In this document: piece after piece, positions 1-12,382 of the stretch | Layout: the number at the start of each line of letters is the position of its first letter | How positions within the stretch are numbered: position 1 is the first letter of the stretch | Source of the DNA: Octopus vulgaris | Lineage: Eukaryota | DNA length: 64,000 nucleotides | NCBI GenBank assembly: GCA_951406725.2 | Contig: OX597818.1 | Span: forward strand, 86,676,001-86,740,000 | Direction: 5' to 3' | Translations under genes and position numbers: made by a program | Notes under the pieces: generated by a model | Database searches by the model: none | Told to the model about the DNA's origin: nothing | What the model saw: the letters and a program-made list of their open reading frames with translations, nothing else

Positions 1-546
1 GCAAGGTCATGCTCACAGTCTTCTGGGACCAGGACGGAGTAGTGATGACAGATTTCCTGGCAAAGGGTACCACAATTACAGGAGCCTATCATGCTTCACT
101 TTTGAGGAAATTAAGAGAAGCTATCAAAACCAAGAGGCGGGGCAAGATCACCAAAGGCATCCTCCTCCTGCAGGACAACGCTCCGGTCCACAACTCGCGT
201 GTCGCCAGATCAGAAGCACAGGCGTGCGGCTATGAACACTTCCCCCATCCCCCTACTCTCCTGACCTTGCACCCTCTGATTTTCACCTCTTCCCAGCCAT
301 GAAGTTGTTTTTGAAAAGGAAAGCGTTTCCCAGCTGATGCAGCCTTGATTTCTGAAGTCACGTCGTGGTTGGTGGACCAAGCTGGGGTCTTCTATGAAAA
401 CGGTCTCCAGAGCTGTATCAAACGATGGGAGAAATGCGTAACTCTGGGTTGTTCCTATGCTGAAAAAGACTAATACCTGTGCCAAGTTTCGTTGCTCTAC
501 TGCTATGGGAAGTGGGTCAGGGGCATTACTTATTGAACGCCCCTCG
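1..546 (+). mobile_element. mariner transposon 3' half: DD34D transposase C-terminus plus right TIR
   Basis: Translation VFWDQDGVV...LLLQDNAPVH...HPP/YSPDLAPSDFHLFP/LKGKRF...CIKRWEKCVTLGCSYAEKD* (stop 471-473), with two homopolymer frameshifts. TIR ttacttattgaacgcccctcg ends at 546 and is followed by TA. Confidence 0.95.
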
Positions 547-559
547 TATGTATGTATAT

Positions 560-602
<43 letters not shown>

Positions 603-603
603 T

Positions 604-658
<55 letters not shown>

Positions 659-788
659 AGTGGGGAATATGGTTCACAGAAAAGTATTTCCTAGGATATT
701 TTATTTTCTGAAATGACTTTACTGTGAATTCGTAGAACCATTTTTGGATTCCTATAATTTCCTAGTCTTTAACCAACCAATTTCACAC

Positions 789-979
789 CTGCGGAACGAT
801 CGCCATGCTGTACTTCGACGGCCTTCCAAATTTATCAAAATTATAAGTCGTACAAGTCATTATCTTGTTACTACTTCCATCACAGTGTCCATTCTTAGAA
901 AATATCTGTGAGGATTTTGTTGGGAAATAAGCCAATGGCACTCTATTCATGTATCCAGCAGATATTCTCAAGTAATTTT
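789..979 (-). CDS. candidate internal coding exon of an unidentified host gene
   Basis: Minus strand: acceptor ttttaatttgttttttttcag, then a 191-nt open frame (NYLRISAGYMNRVPLAYFPTKSSQIFSKNGHCDGSSNKIMTCTTYNFDKFGRPSKYSMAIVPQ), then donor CAG|GTGTGA. Sequence is non-repetitive. Confidence 0.5.
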
Positions 980-1429
980 CTGAAAAAAAACAAATTAAAA
1001 TCTAAAACAGCCGGTTGTTTTACAGATTCTACCATAGGTTTTGCACGGTCCATAACAATGCCTCTATGTTTTCCTAAGTGTAAGTCAATATCACTTATCG
1101 TTAATTTTACGTTAGAAAACAAAATCTCCACTTTTGGCAATCCTCTCTATAGATTCTAAAACAAGTAATGTTCGTACCGTAAATTTGTTGTAGTAGAGAC
1201 ATCGATATGTCTAACTGATAGCTTTCGACCTCCTAAACTAGATTCCGTTCTTTACCCGTAAGGGTATCGCATTTCAATTCTCAGTCACTAATGATTGAAT
1301 CATCCTGAACCCGCTTCGTGGTCTCAAGACACATATCGTTTTTGCTCACGCACTACACCTGACACAAGTTGCTGGATTATTGCTAGCTGTATCGACATTG
1401 GGTGGAGACTCCAATATAGTTCTTGAACG

Positions 1430-1661
1430 GGCGGCGAGCTGGCAGAATCGTTACCACGCCAGGCGAAATAAATAGCGGTATTTCGTCTGCCGCTACGTTC
1501 TGAGTTCAAATTCCGCCGAGGTCGACTTTACCTTTCATCATTTCGAGGTCGATTAAAAAAAGTACCTGTTACGCACTGGGGTCGATGTAATCGACTTAAT
1601 CCCTTTGTCTGTTCTTGTTTGTCCCCTCTATGTTTAGCCCCTCGTGGGCAATAAAGAAATA
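1430..1661 (+). mobile_element. tRNA-derived SINE family A
   Basis: ggcggcgagctggcagaa head, gagttcaaattcc B-box-like motif, tail ...gtgggcaataaagaaata; many copies in the window. Confidence 0.85.
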
Positions 1662-2189
1662 GAATATAGGTCTTGAACGGACCTCTCTACCTAAGTTCCC
1701 AACACGTCACTTATTAACACGCGCGATGGGAGAAGCACTATGGGATTCGTATTTGCAGATAATGACATTCGACGTGATTCTACAATCAATTCCAGCTAGT
1801 TCTGGTTCATAGTGTGGGCTGTGTTATTCATCCGTTCGATGATTGAATATAAAACGTAGCTTGCGAGACCTCTGTTCGGGTGATTTTCCTGAGCCACCAT
1901 CTCTCACACTTGTACAGTAATCCTTCGCAACGATTTACAGCTTAGTTGAGTGGAGCAACACGGAATGAAGTGCTTTGCTCAAAAACACAAGACAGAGTCG
2001 GTCTGGGAATCGAAATTACGACCAGGCGATCATGAATGCAACGCCCTAACCACTAGGCCACACGTATTTGCTACGTTGTCGCTCTAACTATACAATAAAA
2101 TTTAAAAAATTATAATGCTATTCGTCTTTGAGTGCTGGTTACATTTTGACATTACCTCTTCTTGCTGTGTGACGCTTAGCCTTAAATAT

Positions 2190-2790
2190 TCATGGTCAAG
2201 AGAAAGATCTTGTCTTTCGATGGCTTCCTAGCAGGCTCCATCTCGTGCATCTTTATTGCGGTTGAGAATATCAAGGCTGTTGACCGTTTTATTTATCTGG
2301 GCAGTGTAGTGCATAACAGCATTAGCTTCAGATCTAAAGTATTCAGAAGACTTGGATGTGATGGTGCAGCTGATGACTTACTTGTCAACGGTGTTTGGCG
2401 CAGCCGATATCTGAACAGAAGGACAAAATTGTGGCCTTCAGGTCTCTGGTCCTCCCAATCTTGATATATAATTGCGAGACTAGAACACTGTTCGAGGCCC
2501 TTAAGAGCCGCCTGAACTTATTTGGTACCAGGACGCTTCACGAGATTATGAGTTACTATTGGTCAGATTTCCTATCCAGCCAACGGCTATACCCTGAAAC
2601 TTGGAGGCGTCCTGTTACTTGTATGATTCGGAATCGTCAGCCCAGACCGTTTGGTCATGTTGCTCGATTTTCCGAGCTGGATCCTGCGCATCGTGTTCTC
2701 TTCTTGGAGGATCTGGTTGGGGTAACGTCACGTATTGGTCGGTCACATGTCATATGGTCAGCAGATGAGGAAGTATCTTGGTCACAGCAG
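2190..2790 (+). mobile_element. RTE-clade LINE fragment (region C-terminal to RT)
   Basis: VDRFIYLGSVV...VWRSRYLNRRTK/IVAFRSLVLPILIYNCET...RNRQPRPFGHVARF; frameshifted. Confidence 0.85.
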
Positions 2791-3114
2791 ATGGTGGATG
2801 CAATGGTGCATGCCCCCATATATGACATGACCTGGCTATATATTTTTTATACGGTCAGGACCATAGGCTTGATAATAGGGGTGCAGAGGAGTGAAAATGC
2901 ATCCCCCAAAATTTCTTGAAGGCAGTAAAAACGCTTTGAACATCTTCCTGAAAAACTGGGTTTGCACCTCCAAAGCAAATTTCGTTCCCGCACTTAGAAT
3001 GTGTCTTCTGTAATAAATTAATGTTCTCAACCGATCTTAATTTTCTTAACCAAACATTAAGTTTGGTGTATAATGTGAGTTCTTTTATTATTCTAATTAA
3101 TTTATTTGTGAGGG

Positions 3115-3450
3115 GTGCAGCTTAGTAGTTAGGGTATTCAGTTCACGATTGTAAGGTCTTGAGTTCGATTCTCTGTCGTGCGTTGCGTCCTTGAGTTAGG
3201 CATTTTATTTCACGTTGCTCCAGTCCTCTCATCTGGCAAAAATTAGTGGTACCTATCTTTCAAAGAGGCCAACCTTGTCACTTTGTTTGACACACTGAAT
3301 CTCCTTGTGAACTACGTTAAGCGGGGTACAAGGGTACACGTGTCTCTGGAGTGCTCAGCCGCTTTCACGTTAATTTCAAGAGCAGGCTGTTCCATTGATC
3401 GGATCAACTGGAACGTCCGTCGTAGTAATCGACGGAGAGCCAGTTTATTT
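3115..3450 (+). mobile_element. SINE family B variant (decayed)
   Basis: tRNA-like head with gagttcgattc, then core tccttgagttaggcattttatttcacgttgctccagt. Confidence 0.7.
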
Positions 3451-4471
3451 GTTTGTTTATTTATCTATTTATTTATTTATTTATTTATTATTTAGTTAAC
3501 TCTCACCGTTCAGAACTTGCTTCGTTTGCTTTACGGAAATATTTTCATTAACATAGTTTTGAAAATAAATTGCTGTTTACATAAAGATTGGTTTGTCAAA
3601 ACTTAGTTTCCCTTTCAGGATATCGTATTTCTCATGCTTCGTCAAATAACGATCTCCAAGATTGTACTTTTTATAAACTTCAGCCGAATATTTACAAAAC
3701 TCACACTTTATATTATTTTTCTATGGAAAAAATAAATATCTATATTTCTTTTTTTTCTTTTTTGTCTTTGAACAAAGAACTTTCACAACCACCCTTTTCT
3801 TGTTTTATTTTTGCCTTTTTCTTTCTTGTATCAGTACCAGCCATTGCAGTAACGGTTCTTTTTACTCGTTTTACAATATTGATCTAATGTCTTTAATAAA
3901 AATAAACAGATGAAGCGTAAACATAGACAACACTCAAAATTTCATTTAATTTGTAATGACGTAACCGTCTACCAACTTAGACAAAATTTAATCCTGTGAA
4001 TCGCATGTAATATTCAGAATATATTTCCCTGGTGTCTATTCTTCATATATGACACACATTCCCAGTAGTTTTTTTTTCTTTTTTATGAAACATGGGCTAG
4101 CTAAAAATCTGAAAACAAACGTGGACTTTTAGGATAGACTTAGGAAAATGCTTTGCACAGGCAAACTTGTCGTGTATATACATGCATATATATGTATGTA
4201 TACGTTCGTATAGGTAAGTATATCGTATGTTGTATATAGATATATATTTGTATTTATGTGCTTTCTGAGTATATTCCGCTGATGAAGGCGGAGCATTTCT
4301 TATTCAGTGTCAGAAATTCGGGATCTGGAATTATCCAGTATTTTTTTGCTAGTTTATTTTGTCTCTGTCTTCTCTCCTGGTGCTGTATGAACACTTAATG
4401 TTGTTTTAGAGTCAAGTTTTGACTGCTACCTCCACCGTGGTGATATCGCTTAGTACCCTAAATTATAATTT

Positions 4472-4561
<90 letters not shown>

Positions 4562-4718
4562 CACGATGGGTTCTTTTCACTTTCCGTCTACCAAATCCAC
4601 TCATAAGGCTTTCGTCTCCTCGAGGCTATAATAGAAGACACTCGCCCAAGGTGCCACGCAGTGAGACTGAACCTGGAACCATGTCGTTGGTAAGCAAGCT
4701 TCTTGCCACACAACCACG

Positions 4719-4876
<158 letters not shown>

Positions 4877-5210
4877 ATCTTGTTCGCGCACGCAAATCCA
4901 AAGCGAATAGCGAATGTTTTAATCTTTTTCTCACAACATTACGGCTTGTCTATTGTTTATTTGTAGGCGGAGTTAGCATGTCACTCTGTTTGACACTAGC
5001 GTCTCATACACTAGTGCCTATAGCAGAGCTGAAGATCTCTGGCGTTAACTACAGTCATTGACTTCCTTTTATTTAGAATTAGGGATCAGCTACATTACTC
5101 TGCAGTGGCTAATCATGAGCCCCTAGGACTGATAAGACCGGAACTTAACCCATTTATCATGGCCGATCAAACTGAGATTATAACACTCTCTGTGTCTCTC
5201 TCCCTCTCTC

Positions 5211-5259
<49 letters not shown>

Positions 5260-5329
5260 TTCTCTCTCGAACTGGATGCAACATGGCTGCACTCCGTTGA
5301 CTGAAACAAGTAAGAAAACCTAATAAGCG

Positions 5330-5730
5330 AACATAGCTGTATCGTAAGATTCTACCTTCCCAACAACATGGTTCTGAGTTCAGTCTCATTGCGTGGCAAT
5401 TTGGGCAAGCGTTTTCTATGATAGTTTTCGGCCGACAAAAACATTTCGAGTGGATTTGGTAGACGGAAACTGAAAGAAACCCGTTGTATATATCTGTATG
5501 TCTGTGTTTGTCTTTGTGTCTGTGTTTGTCCCCCACCACCACCACCACCACTACCAACACTACTTGATAAACGTCCCCGTAACATAGCGGTTCGGCAAAC
5601 ACGATTGATAGAATAAGTACTAAGCTTTAAAAGTAAAAAAAAAAGTAGTGGGATCGATCCGTTGGACTGAAATTTTTGTAAGGCAATGCCACAGCATGGC
5701 CGCAATCTGATGACTGAAACAAGTAAAAGA
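5330..5730 (+). mobile_element. SINE family C (decayed)
   Basis: Core gagtggatttggtagacggaaactgaaagaa and tail gactgaaacaagtaaaaga. Confidence 0.75.
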
Positions 5731-5838
5731 TAAAAGATAAATGTTAAAAAATAAAGATAAATACTACAAATAATTCGAATCATTGAAGTAAACAAAATAA
5801 ATTGCTTATTATAATGACAATATACGCGTCACGTACAA

Positions 5839-6365
5839 GGCGGCGTGCTGGCAGAATCGTTAGCAGGCCGGGCGAAATGCTTAACGGTGTTACGTCTGTC
5901 TTTAAGTTCTGAGTTCAAATTCCTCCGTGGTCGACTTTGCTTTACATTCTTTCGGGGTCGATAAATTAAGTACCAGTTGCATACTGAGGTCGATCTAATC
6001 GACTGGTCCCCTCCCCCAAAATTTCGGGTTTTGTGCTTCGAGTAGAAAAAATATACGCTCCAAGTACACAACGGCAACACAATTTACATTATGAGCATTA
6101 CATTGATGCGAACAAAAAAAATCACGTTCTCTTCAACATCGTATATAAAATAATACTTTCTATTATAGGTACAAGGTCTGAAATTTTGGGGTAGGGGGCA
6201 AATCGATTAGATCGACCCAAGTACGTCACTGGTACTCAATTAATCGACCCCGAAAGGACAAAAGGCAACGTCGACCTCGGCGGAATTTGAACTCAGAACG
6301 TAGCGACACACTAAATGCTGCTAAGCATTTTGCCCGCCACGCTAACAATTTTGCCACTTCGCCGA
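5839..6365. mobile_element. two SINE family A copies in opposite orientation (5839-6050 +, about 6157-6365 -)
   Basis: Family A head and core with the alternative tail cccctcccccaaaatttc...gtagaaa. Confidence 0.75.
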
Positions 6366-6502
6366 CTTATCATACTTAAAATGATATAAGAACAAAGTCG
6401 ATCGAAGGAGGGTTATGATATGTACGCTTTGTAACAACTTATTGTAGCGTTATTTCTAGATACAGTTGGTGGATTCATTTATTTTGTGCGTGGGTGGATG
6501 AT

Positions 6503-6670
6503 TACGATGGGGTGATGTAAACTTCCTGGCTTTGCGTAAAAGAAAATACAGGAGGATCAGTTAATTATGATTTTATTCAACATATTTCCGTAAAAGACCT
6601 CGGAAGGTTAAGCTTCCAACTACGCCTTTCGCGATACCCTTCAAGTCAGGAATCTTTTCAGCAGGACCCT

Positions 6671-6674
<4 letters not shown>
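6503..6674 (-). mobile_element. short non-autonomous mariner (related copies about 7108-7190, 33412-33617, 51820-52040)
   Basis: Degenerate tacga-ggg TIRs; shared segment gaataaaatcataattaactgatcctcctgtattttcttttac. Confidence 0.65.
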
Positions 6675-6711
<37 letters not shown>

Positions 6712-6720
<9 letters not shown>

Positions 6721-7090
6721 AAAGTGAAGTTGTGTGTCTATCTCCTACGATTTAGATTCCTAACTACTCCCACATTTTGCGGTGCAGTGTATAGTCGTGA
6801 TTCATATCGAGCCCTTCTGGGTATTAGCGCGCGTCTACCATGAGTCTACGATTTTTAAAAAAAATTACCATAATTTTTTTTCCATTTTAATACATTTTTT
6901 TCGCTATTATATAAAGGAAGTAACTCTCTAAAAATGACTACGATGAGTCAACGATTTAAAAAAAAAATTACCATAATTTTTTTTTCCATTTTTAATGCAT
7001 TTTTTTGCTATTTTTTGGCTATAACTCTCTAAAAATGCTTATGTAGTTATTTCCCTTACAAACCCGAGCAACGCCGGGTGATACTGCTAG
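6712..7090 (+). mobile_element. non-autonomous Helitron-like element
   Basis: 3' hairpin cccg-agcaacgc-cggg (7063-7078), terminal CTAG at 7087-7090 followed by T; sits in (TA)n with no TSD. Confidence 0.75.
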
Positions 7091-7194
7091 TATATATATA
7101 CATATATATCCCTAACCTTCCAAGCTCTTTTATGGGAATATGTTGAATAAAATCATAATTAACTGATCCTCGTGTATTTTCTTTACGCATATTT

Positions 7195-7240
<46 letters not shown>

Positions 7241-7281
7241 GTATATGTACTCGTACGTACGTACGTATATGTACTCGTTCT

Positions 7282-7612
7282 GAAGGCGCATGGTTCAGTG
7301 GTTAGAACGTCAAGCTTACGATCGTGAGGTTGTGAGTTTGATTCTCGGACCAAGCTGCGTGTTGTGTTCTTGAGCAAGATACTTTATTCCACATGGCTCC
7401 ATTTCACTCAGCTGTAGAAATGAGATGCGACGTCACTGATGCCAAGCTGTATCGGCCTTTGCTTCCCCCTTGAATAACATCGGTGGCGTGGAGAGGGGAG
7501 GCCGGTATGCATGGAGGAGTGCTGGTCCACCATAAACAACCTTGCCTGGACTTATGCCTCGGAGGGTAACTTTCTAGGTGCAATCCCATGGACATTCATG
7601 ACTGAAAGGGGT
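7282..7612 (+). mobile_element. tRNA-derived SINE family B, full length
   Basis: Head gaaggcgcatggttcagtggttag...gagtttgattc; near-identical copies at 24470-24802 and 32962-33292 (-). Confidence 0.9.
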
Positions 7613-7797
7613 CACCCTCACCCCTACGTACTCGTACGTCTGTAAAGTCAAATGTTGTGCTAGAATCAGTTAAATAATGAAAACATTATTAATATCAAAT
7701 ATTTCATGTGTGTGCTGTTAAGCGCTTGTAGTTTCAGTATTTCGTCAAAGATGGGTGGGTCAACTTCGTTTTTATTTATTTCATACATATATATATA

Positions 7798-8114
7798 TAT
7801 AATCAAAATAAGCAACAAGTATATCCAAGGTAGAGTAGTACAATTGTTTCATGCTACTTCATTTTATTAAACACTGTATTACATCAGTTTTAAAATGTCG
7901 AGCAATCTTCAGCTACTTATAGAATTTTCCACTCAAACGGACAATGGACATTCTTATCCCTATTTCATTGTCCGTTTGAGTGGAAAATTCTATAAGTGGC
8001 TGAAGATTGCTCGACATTTTAAAACTGATGTAATACAGTGTTTAATAAAATGAAGTAGCATGAAACAATTGTACTACTCTACCTTGGATATACTTGTTGT
8101 TTATTTTGATTATA
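7798..8114. repeat. long inverted repeat (149-bp arms, 19-nt spacer), probably a Penelope pLTR foldback
   Basis: 7798-7946 is the reverse complement of 7966-8114 with 2 mismatches. Confidence 0.95.
7995..8078 (+). ncRNA. type I minimal hammerhead ribozyme motif (mirror copy 7834-7917, - strand)
   Basis: Stem I AGUGG/CUACU, CUGAAGA, long bulged stem II, GAAA, palindromic stem III ACAAUUGU, GUA cleavage triplet. Positions 10.1/11.1 are U.U. Confidence 0.6.
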
Positions 8115-8544
8115 ATCACCCCATTTGATTTATATGAATAATACCATACAAAATTCTGGTGCCTTTGACTTAAGTACTATATTCATCTGAATCTAAATTC
8201 TGCTGAACGTATATATATATATAATTAATAATATCAGGCTAATAAAGATTTTAGAAATTGTTTACTACCTATGGCCAGGCGTATTGAAAAACTAGTCAAT
8301 AGACTATATATTATTCATATAAATACAGTGTACATTTAAACACATAAGAGGTATCCGTCATAAGATTCCTTTCACGCTAGAAGGAACAGCTAAAGTTCAA
8401 ACCAATATTAGGGATAAAAACTCGAAGGAAATGAAAACTAAAAATATTTACCATCTATCTGCTGGACCTTGGTTTCTGACTTTTTTAGCAAATAAATTTA
8501 TTTTATTTGCTAAAAAAAAAATCAGAAACCATGGTCAAGGTTTC

Positions 8545-8995
8545 ATAAAGCTGAAGATCAGTGAAAAAGAATACCTACGCTGAACTATTGAGAAATCTGC
8601 AGTTACTCTAACCAGATTACAAGTTCAGGTATATACCTGTACTTATTAGGGCACTGGGATATGTAATACACTGCCTAAATACCAATCTTGATAAATTAGA
8701 CTTCTCAAAACCTGAAAGGAGAAAGCTGATTCGAAGACTGCATATTCAAGCCATCACTGGAACTGTAGAAACCTGTAAAACTTTCTCGAAGTTTATCATT
8801 TAATGAGCATGTCTAGATATGCATGAGAATACATACATATACTATATGCTTGAGAATACATACATAAAACAAAACATACACATGAATATACATACAAATC
8901 CTGTTGGTGTTGTTGAAATTCCAAAGAAGGAGTCATGGATCTAGGTTGGAAATCGGCTCTTTCTGTATTGACAAGAAATTTTGAAATAAAACTGA
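8545..8995 (+). mobile_element. 3' end of an RLE-type (R4/Dong-like) non-LTR retrotransposon
   Basis: Frameshifted KISEK..YAELLRNLQLL..PDYKFRYIPVLIRALGYV...IQAITGTVETCKTFSKFII*, then a 3' UTR running into (CATA)n. Confidence 0.75.
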
Positions 8996-9654
8996 TGCCA
9001 TACGTTCATACATACATACATACATACATACATACATACAAACATACATACATACATACAAACATACATACATACATACATACATACAAACATACATACA
9101 TACATACATACATACATACATACATACATACATACATACATACATACATACAAACGTACATACATACAGATATTTATTTCAGTGTTTAGTGCTGACTATC
9201 GAAGTACTCACTACTATGGCAAACAATAATAGTCTATTTTGGCCGAATGAGTCTCTTGCTGTTCTGCGTTCCACCTACCTGTGGTTGCAAAGGTTCTTCA
9301 AGCAAGTCGTGGCAGCTGTTTACGTCACCGGCGATTGATTAGTCACTATTTTTCTAGATATCAACTTTATTTGTTGGCCTTTAAATGTTTGCAGACACCG
9401 ACGTAAAGTCGGATAAACTGACGAAAGTTGGGGTTCATTTTATTAAAATCAGAAAACGACGACGCAAACTCGAAAACGACGTAACTCGAAACAACGTAAG
9501 TTGACGTACTCGTATGCCTGTACTTTTACACATAGAGCAACACATAGACAGGCGATAACACACAACTCATCTGTATATCAACACACATACACACACTTAA
9601 CTGTTGACTTACTAAATTAACTAATCTCACAATCTCTCACTCGCTCTCTCTCTT

Positions 9655-9705
<51 letters not shown>

Positions 9706-10065
9706 TCATTCTTTCTCCCGTTTACTCATTTCAATCTTCTCACATTCAGACGCCATGTTACCTTTCACTCATTGTTTCCCCTATCACTCTTTTTCTTACT
9801 TTATTTCACTTTAAACGTCTTCCTCTGACATTCTCCAACTCCATACCTTTCTTTCTTTCACACACTCTCTTCCTATACAACAATCTTTCTACCTCTCTCC
9901 CTCTCTCTCTCTCTCTCTCTCACCCCACCCCCACACACACGTTCTATCCAAACTTCGACATTTGTTTTTCCCTTTCGTTTCACTTTTTAACCTCTTTTTA
10001 TATCATTGCAAACATTATTTTCTCTCTTTCTCTTCATTCTATGTATCTATCTTCCGATCTGTCAA

Positions 10066-10161
<96 letters not shown>

Positions 10162-10233
10162 CACACATACAGAAGTACACACAGGTATTATATTTACACA
10201 GACACATATATATATGTACATATATATAAATAC

Positions 10234-10281
<48 letters not shown>

Positions 10282-10371
10282 AAGTATATATATATATATG
10301 TATATGTATATATATAGATATATACATGTATATATATATATATATATATTTATACATACATATATACATTC

Positions 10372-10422
<51 letters not shown>

Positions 10423-10913
10423 CAGACAGACAGACAGACGTAAACACAGGTACATATATAACACGATTAGATTTTTTTCTCACCTTTTCCTCCACTCCTT
10501 GTAATTCCACTCTCCACCTTCTGCACCCTTTCCATTTCTAAATATCCCTAACCCTTCCTCTTGCTCTACCCGCCCCCCTCTCGACCCCCCCACCACCTCA
10601 TTGTCGGGTTATAAACCTGTCAGTAAAGGTGTCTATTATGTTTTACTATTGATTTCTTTTTTCAGCGATATCCATGCTTTTGTGGCGGAACACCAGAAAT
10701 ATCACCCCGGGACCTACGTTGGGATTCCATTGTCCACAACAAAATAGCTTCCTTCCTTTTTATAAAGACATACACTTTCTACCCTTCTCTCCCTCCCTCT
10801 CTCTCTCACACACATACACATACATACACACACACATACACATGCACACGCACGCACACATAGACATTGGCTTATATATGCATATGCAATACGTGTGTGT
10901 GTATACATATACA

Positions 10914-10991
<78 letters not shown>

Positions 10992-11121
10992 TACACATGC
11001 ATACACATGTAAGACATGTATGTATAGATACATATATATACATATATATATATGTATGTATGCATGAATATATATATATATGATATATTTGTGTGTGTAC
11101 ATATATATATATATATGTGTT

Positions 11122-11190
<69 letters not shown>

Positions 11191-11917
11191 CTGTGTATGT
11201 ATATATGTATTTACACACGCACATACGCACACACATACACATAGATGTATATACACATACACACACGCACTTTTTAATCCTAGTAGAGAATTAATATGGA
11301 ATCCATACCTGTCAGGGTCGTACGGTGATATATAAGTAGATATTAATCTGGTTATAACTAGTCATAACCGGTACATAACCAGTAATTGTCTAAGAAGAGG
11401 CTTAGCCACTCAAAGAAACAATGAACAAATATCATTTGTTGCTTACAACTGACAAATAGAAGGATTTTTATGTCAGTCGCTGTATATATTATTTACGATC
11501 TATAAAGTATTACTGAAGCTAGCGTACACGGTTAATTAGCCTTGTACGGTCAATTAGCTGCACAGGGCATAATTAGCTTTGTATGTTAAACACTGCCAAC
11601 AGAAAGTACTTCGCTGGGTCAATGTGGTGATGTGGTACAGTCGTTACCTATCTCAGAGAAAATGTATTGCGCGACTTTTACGTTCTCGGTTCAAATCCCG
11701 CCATTGTCAATTTTGTCGTTTAGTCTTTTACGGTTGTTAAAATAAAGCTTGGAGGTTCAGTTCCACTGTGTGGCACCTTGGACAAGTGTTTTTTACTCTA
11801 GCTTCGGGCCGACCAAAGCCTTGTAAATGAATTTGGTATACGGAAACTGAAAGAAACCCGTCATATATATATATGTATATATATGTATATGTATGTGTGT
11901 ATGTGTGTGTGTGTGTG

Positions 11918-12160
11918 CAGGGTTGGCTAAAAGTCACCTGACAGGAAAGTAAAACCGTTCAATTCCAAGATTAAAACAAAAGATTATTTTGTATGAGACT
12001 TCGCTAATGAATATACAAATGTTGAAGAAAAAAAAGCAGTGATTTTAAATTACACCATTCAATTATTAAACATTCATAGTTGGAATGAATAAATAAAATT
12101 GAATATTAAGTATTCATGGAATTTTAAAATTTACTGTCGAGTGACTTTTGGCCAACCCTG
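11918..12160. mobile_element. Tc1/mariner MITE
   Basis: TIRs cagggttggctaaaagtcac / gtgacttttggccaaccctg, with TA on the right. Confidence 0.85.
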
Positions 12161-12205
<45 letters not shown>

Positions 12206-12235
12206 TCGGTGTATATATATATATATATATATATT

Positions 12236-12382
12236 CGGTGCGAATGGTTTTTTATACAGCGCCGTTTTTACAGTCCTCTAAATAGTAATAATGGTATTTT
12301 TATATAAGCTTATATAAAAATACCATTATTATTATTTTACAGGATTGTAAAAACTGCGCCGGATAAGAAAACATTCGCACCA
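12236..12382. repeat. foldback element with a perfect 46-bp central palindrome (12286-12331)
   Basis: taataatggtatttttatataag|cttatataaaaataccattatta; imperfect outer arms ggtgcgaatg/cattcgcacc. Confidence 0.85.

Noticed and set aside
943-1140. 65-aa minus-strand ORF
   Set aside because: Runs through the pyrimidine tract of the candidate acceptor in a different frame; likely intronic.
7282-7355. tRNA-like sequences in SINE heads
   Set aside because: No intact cloverleaf or terminator; continuous with SINE bodies.
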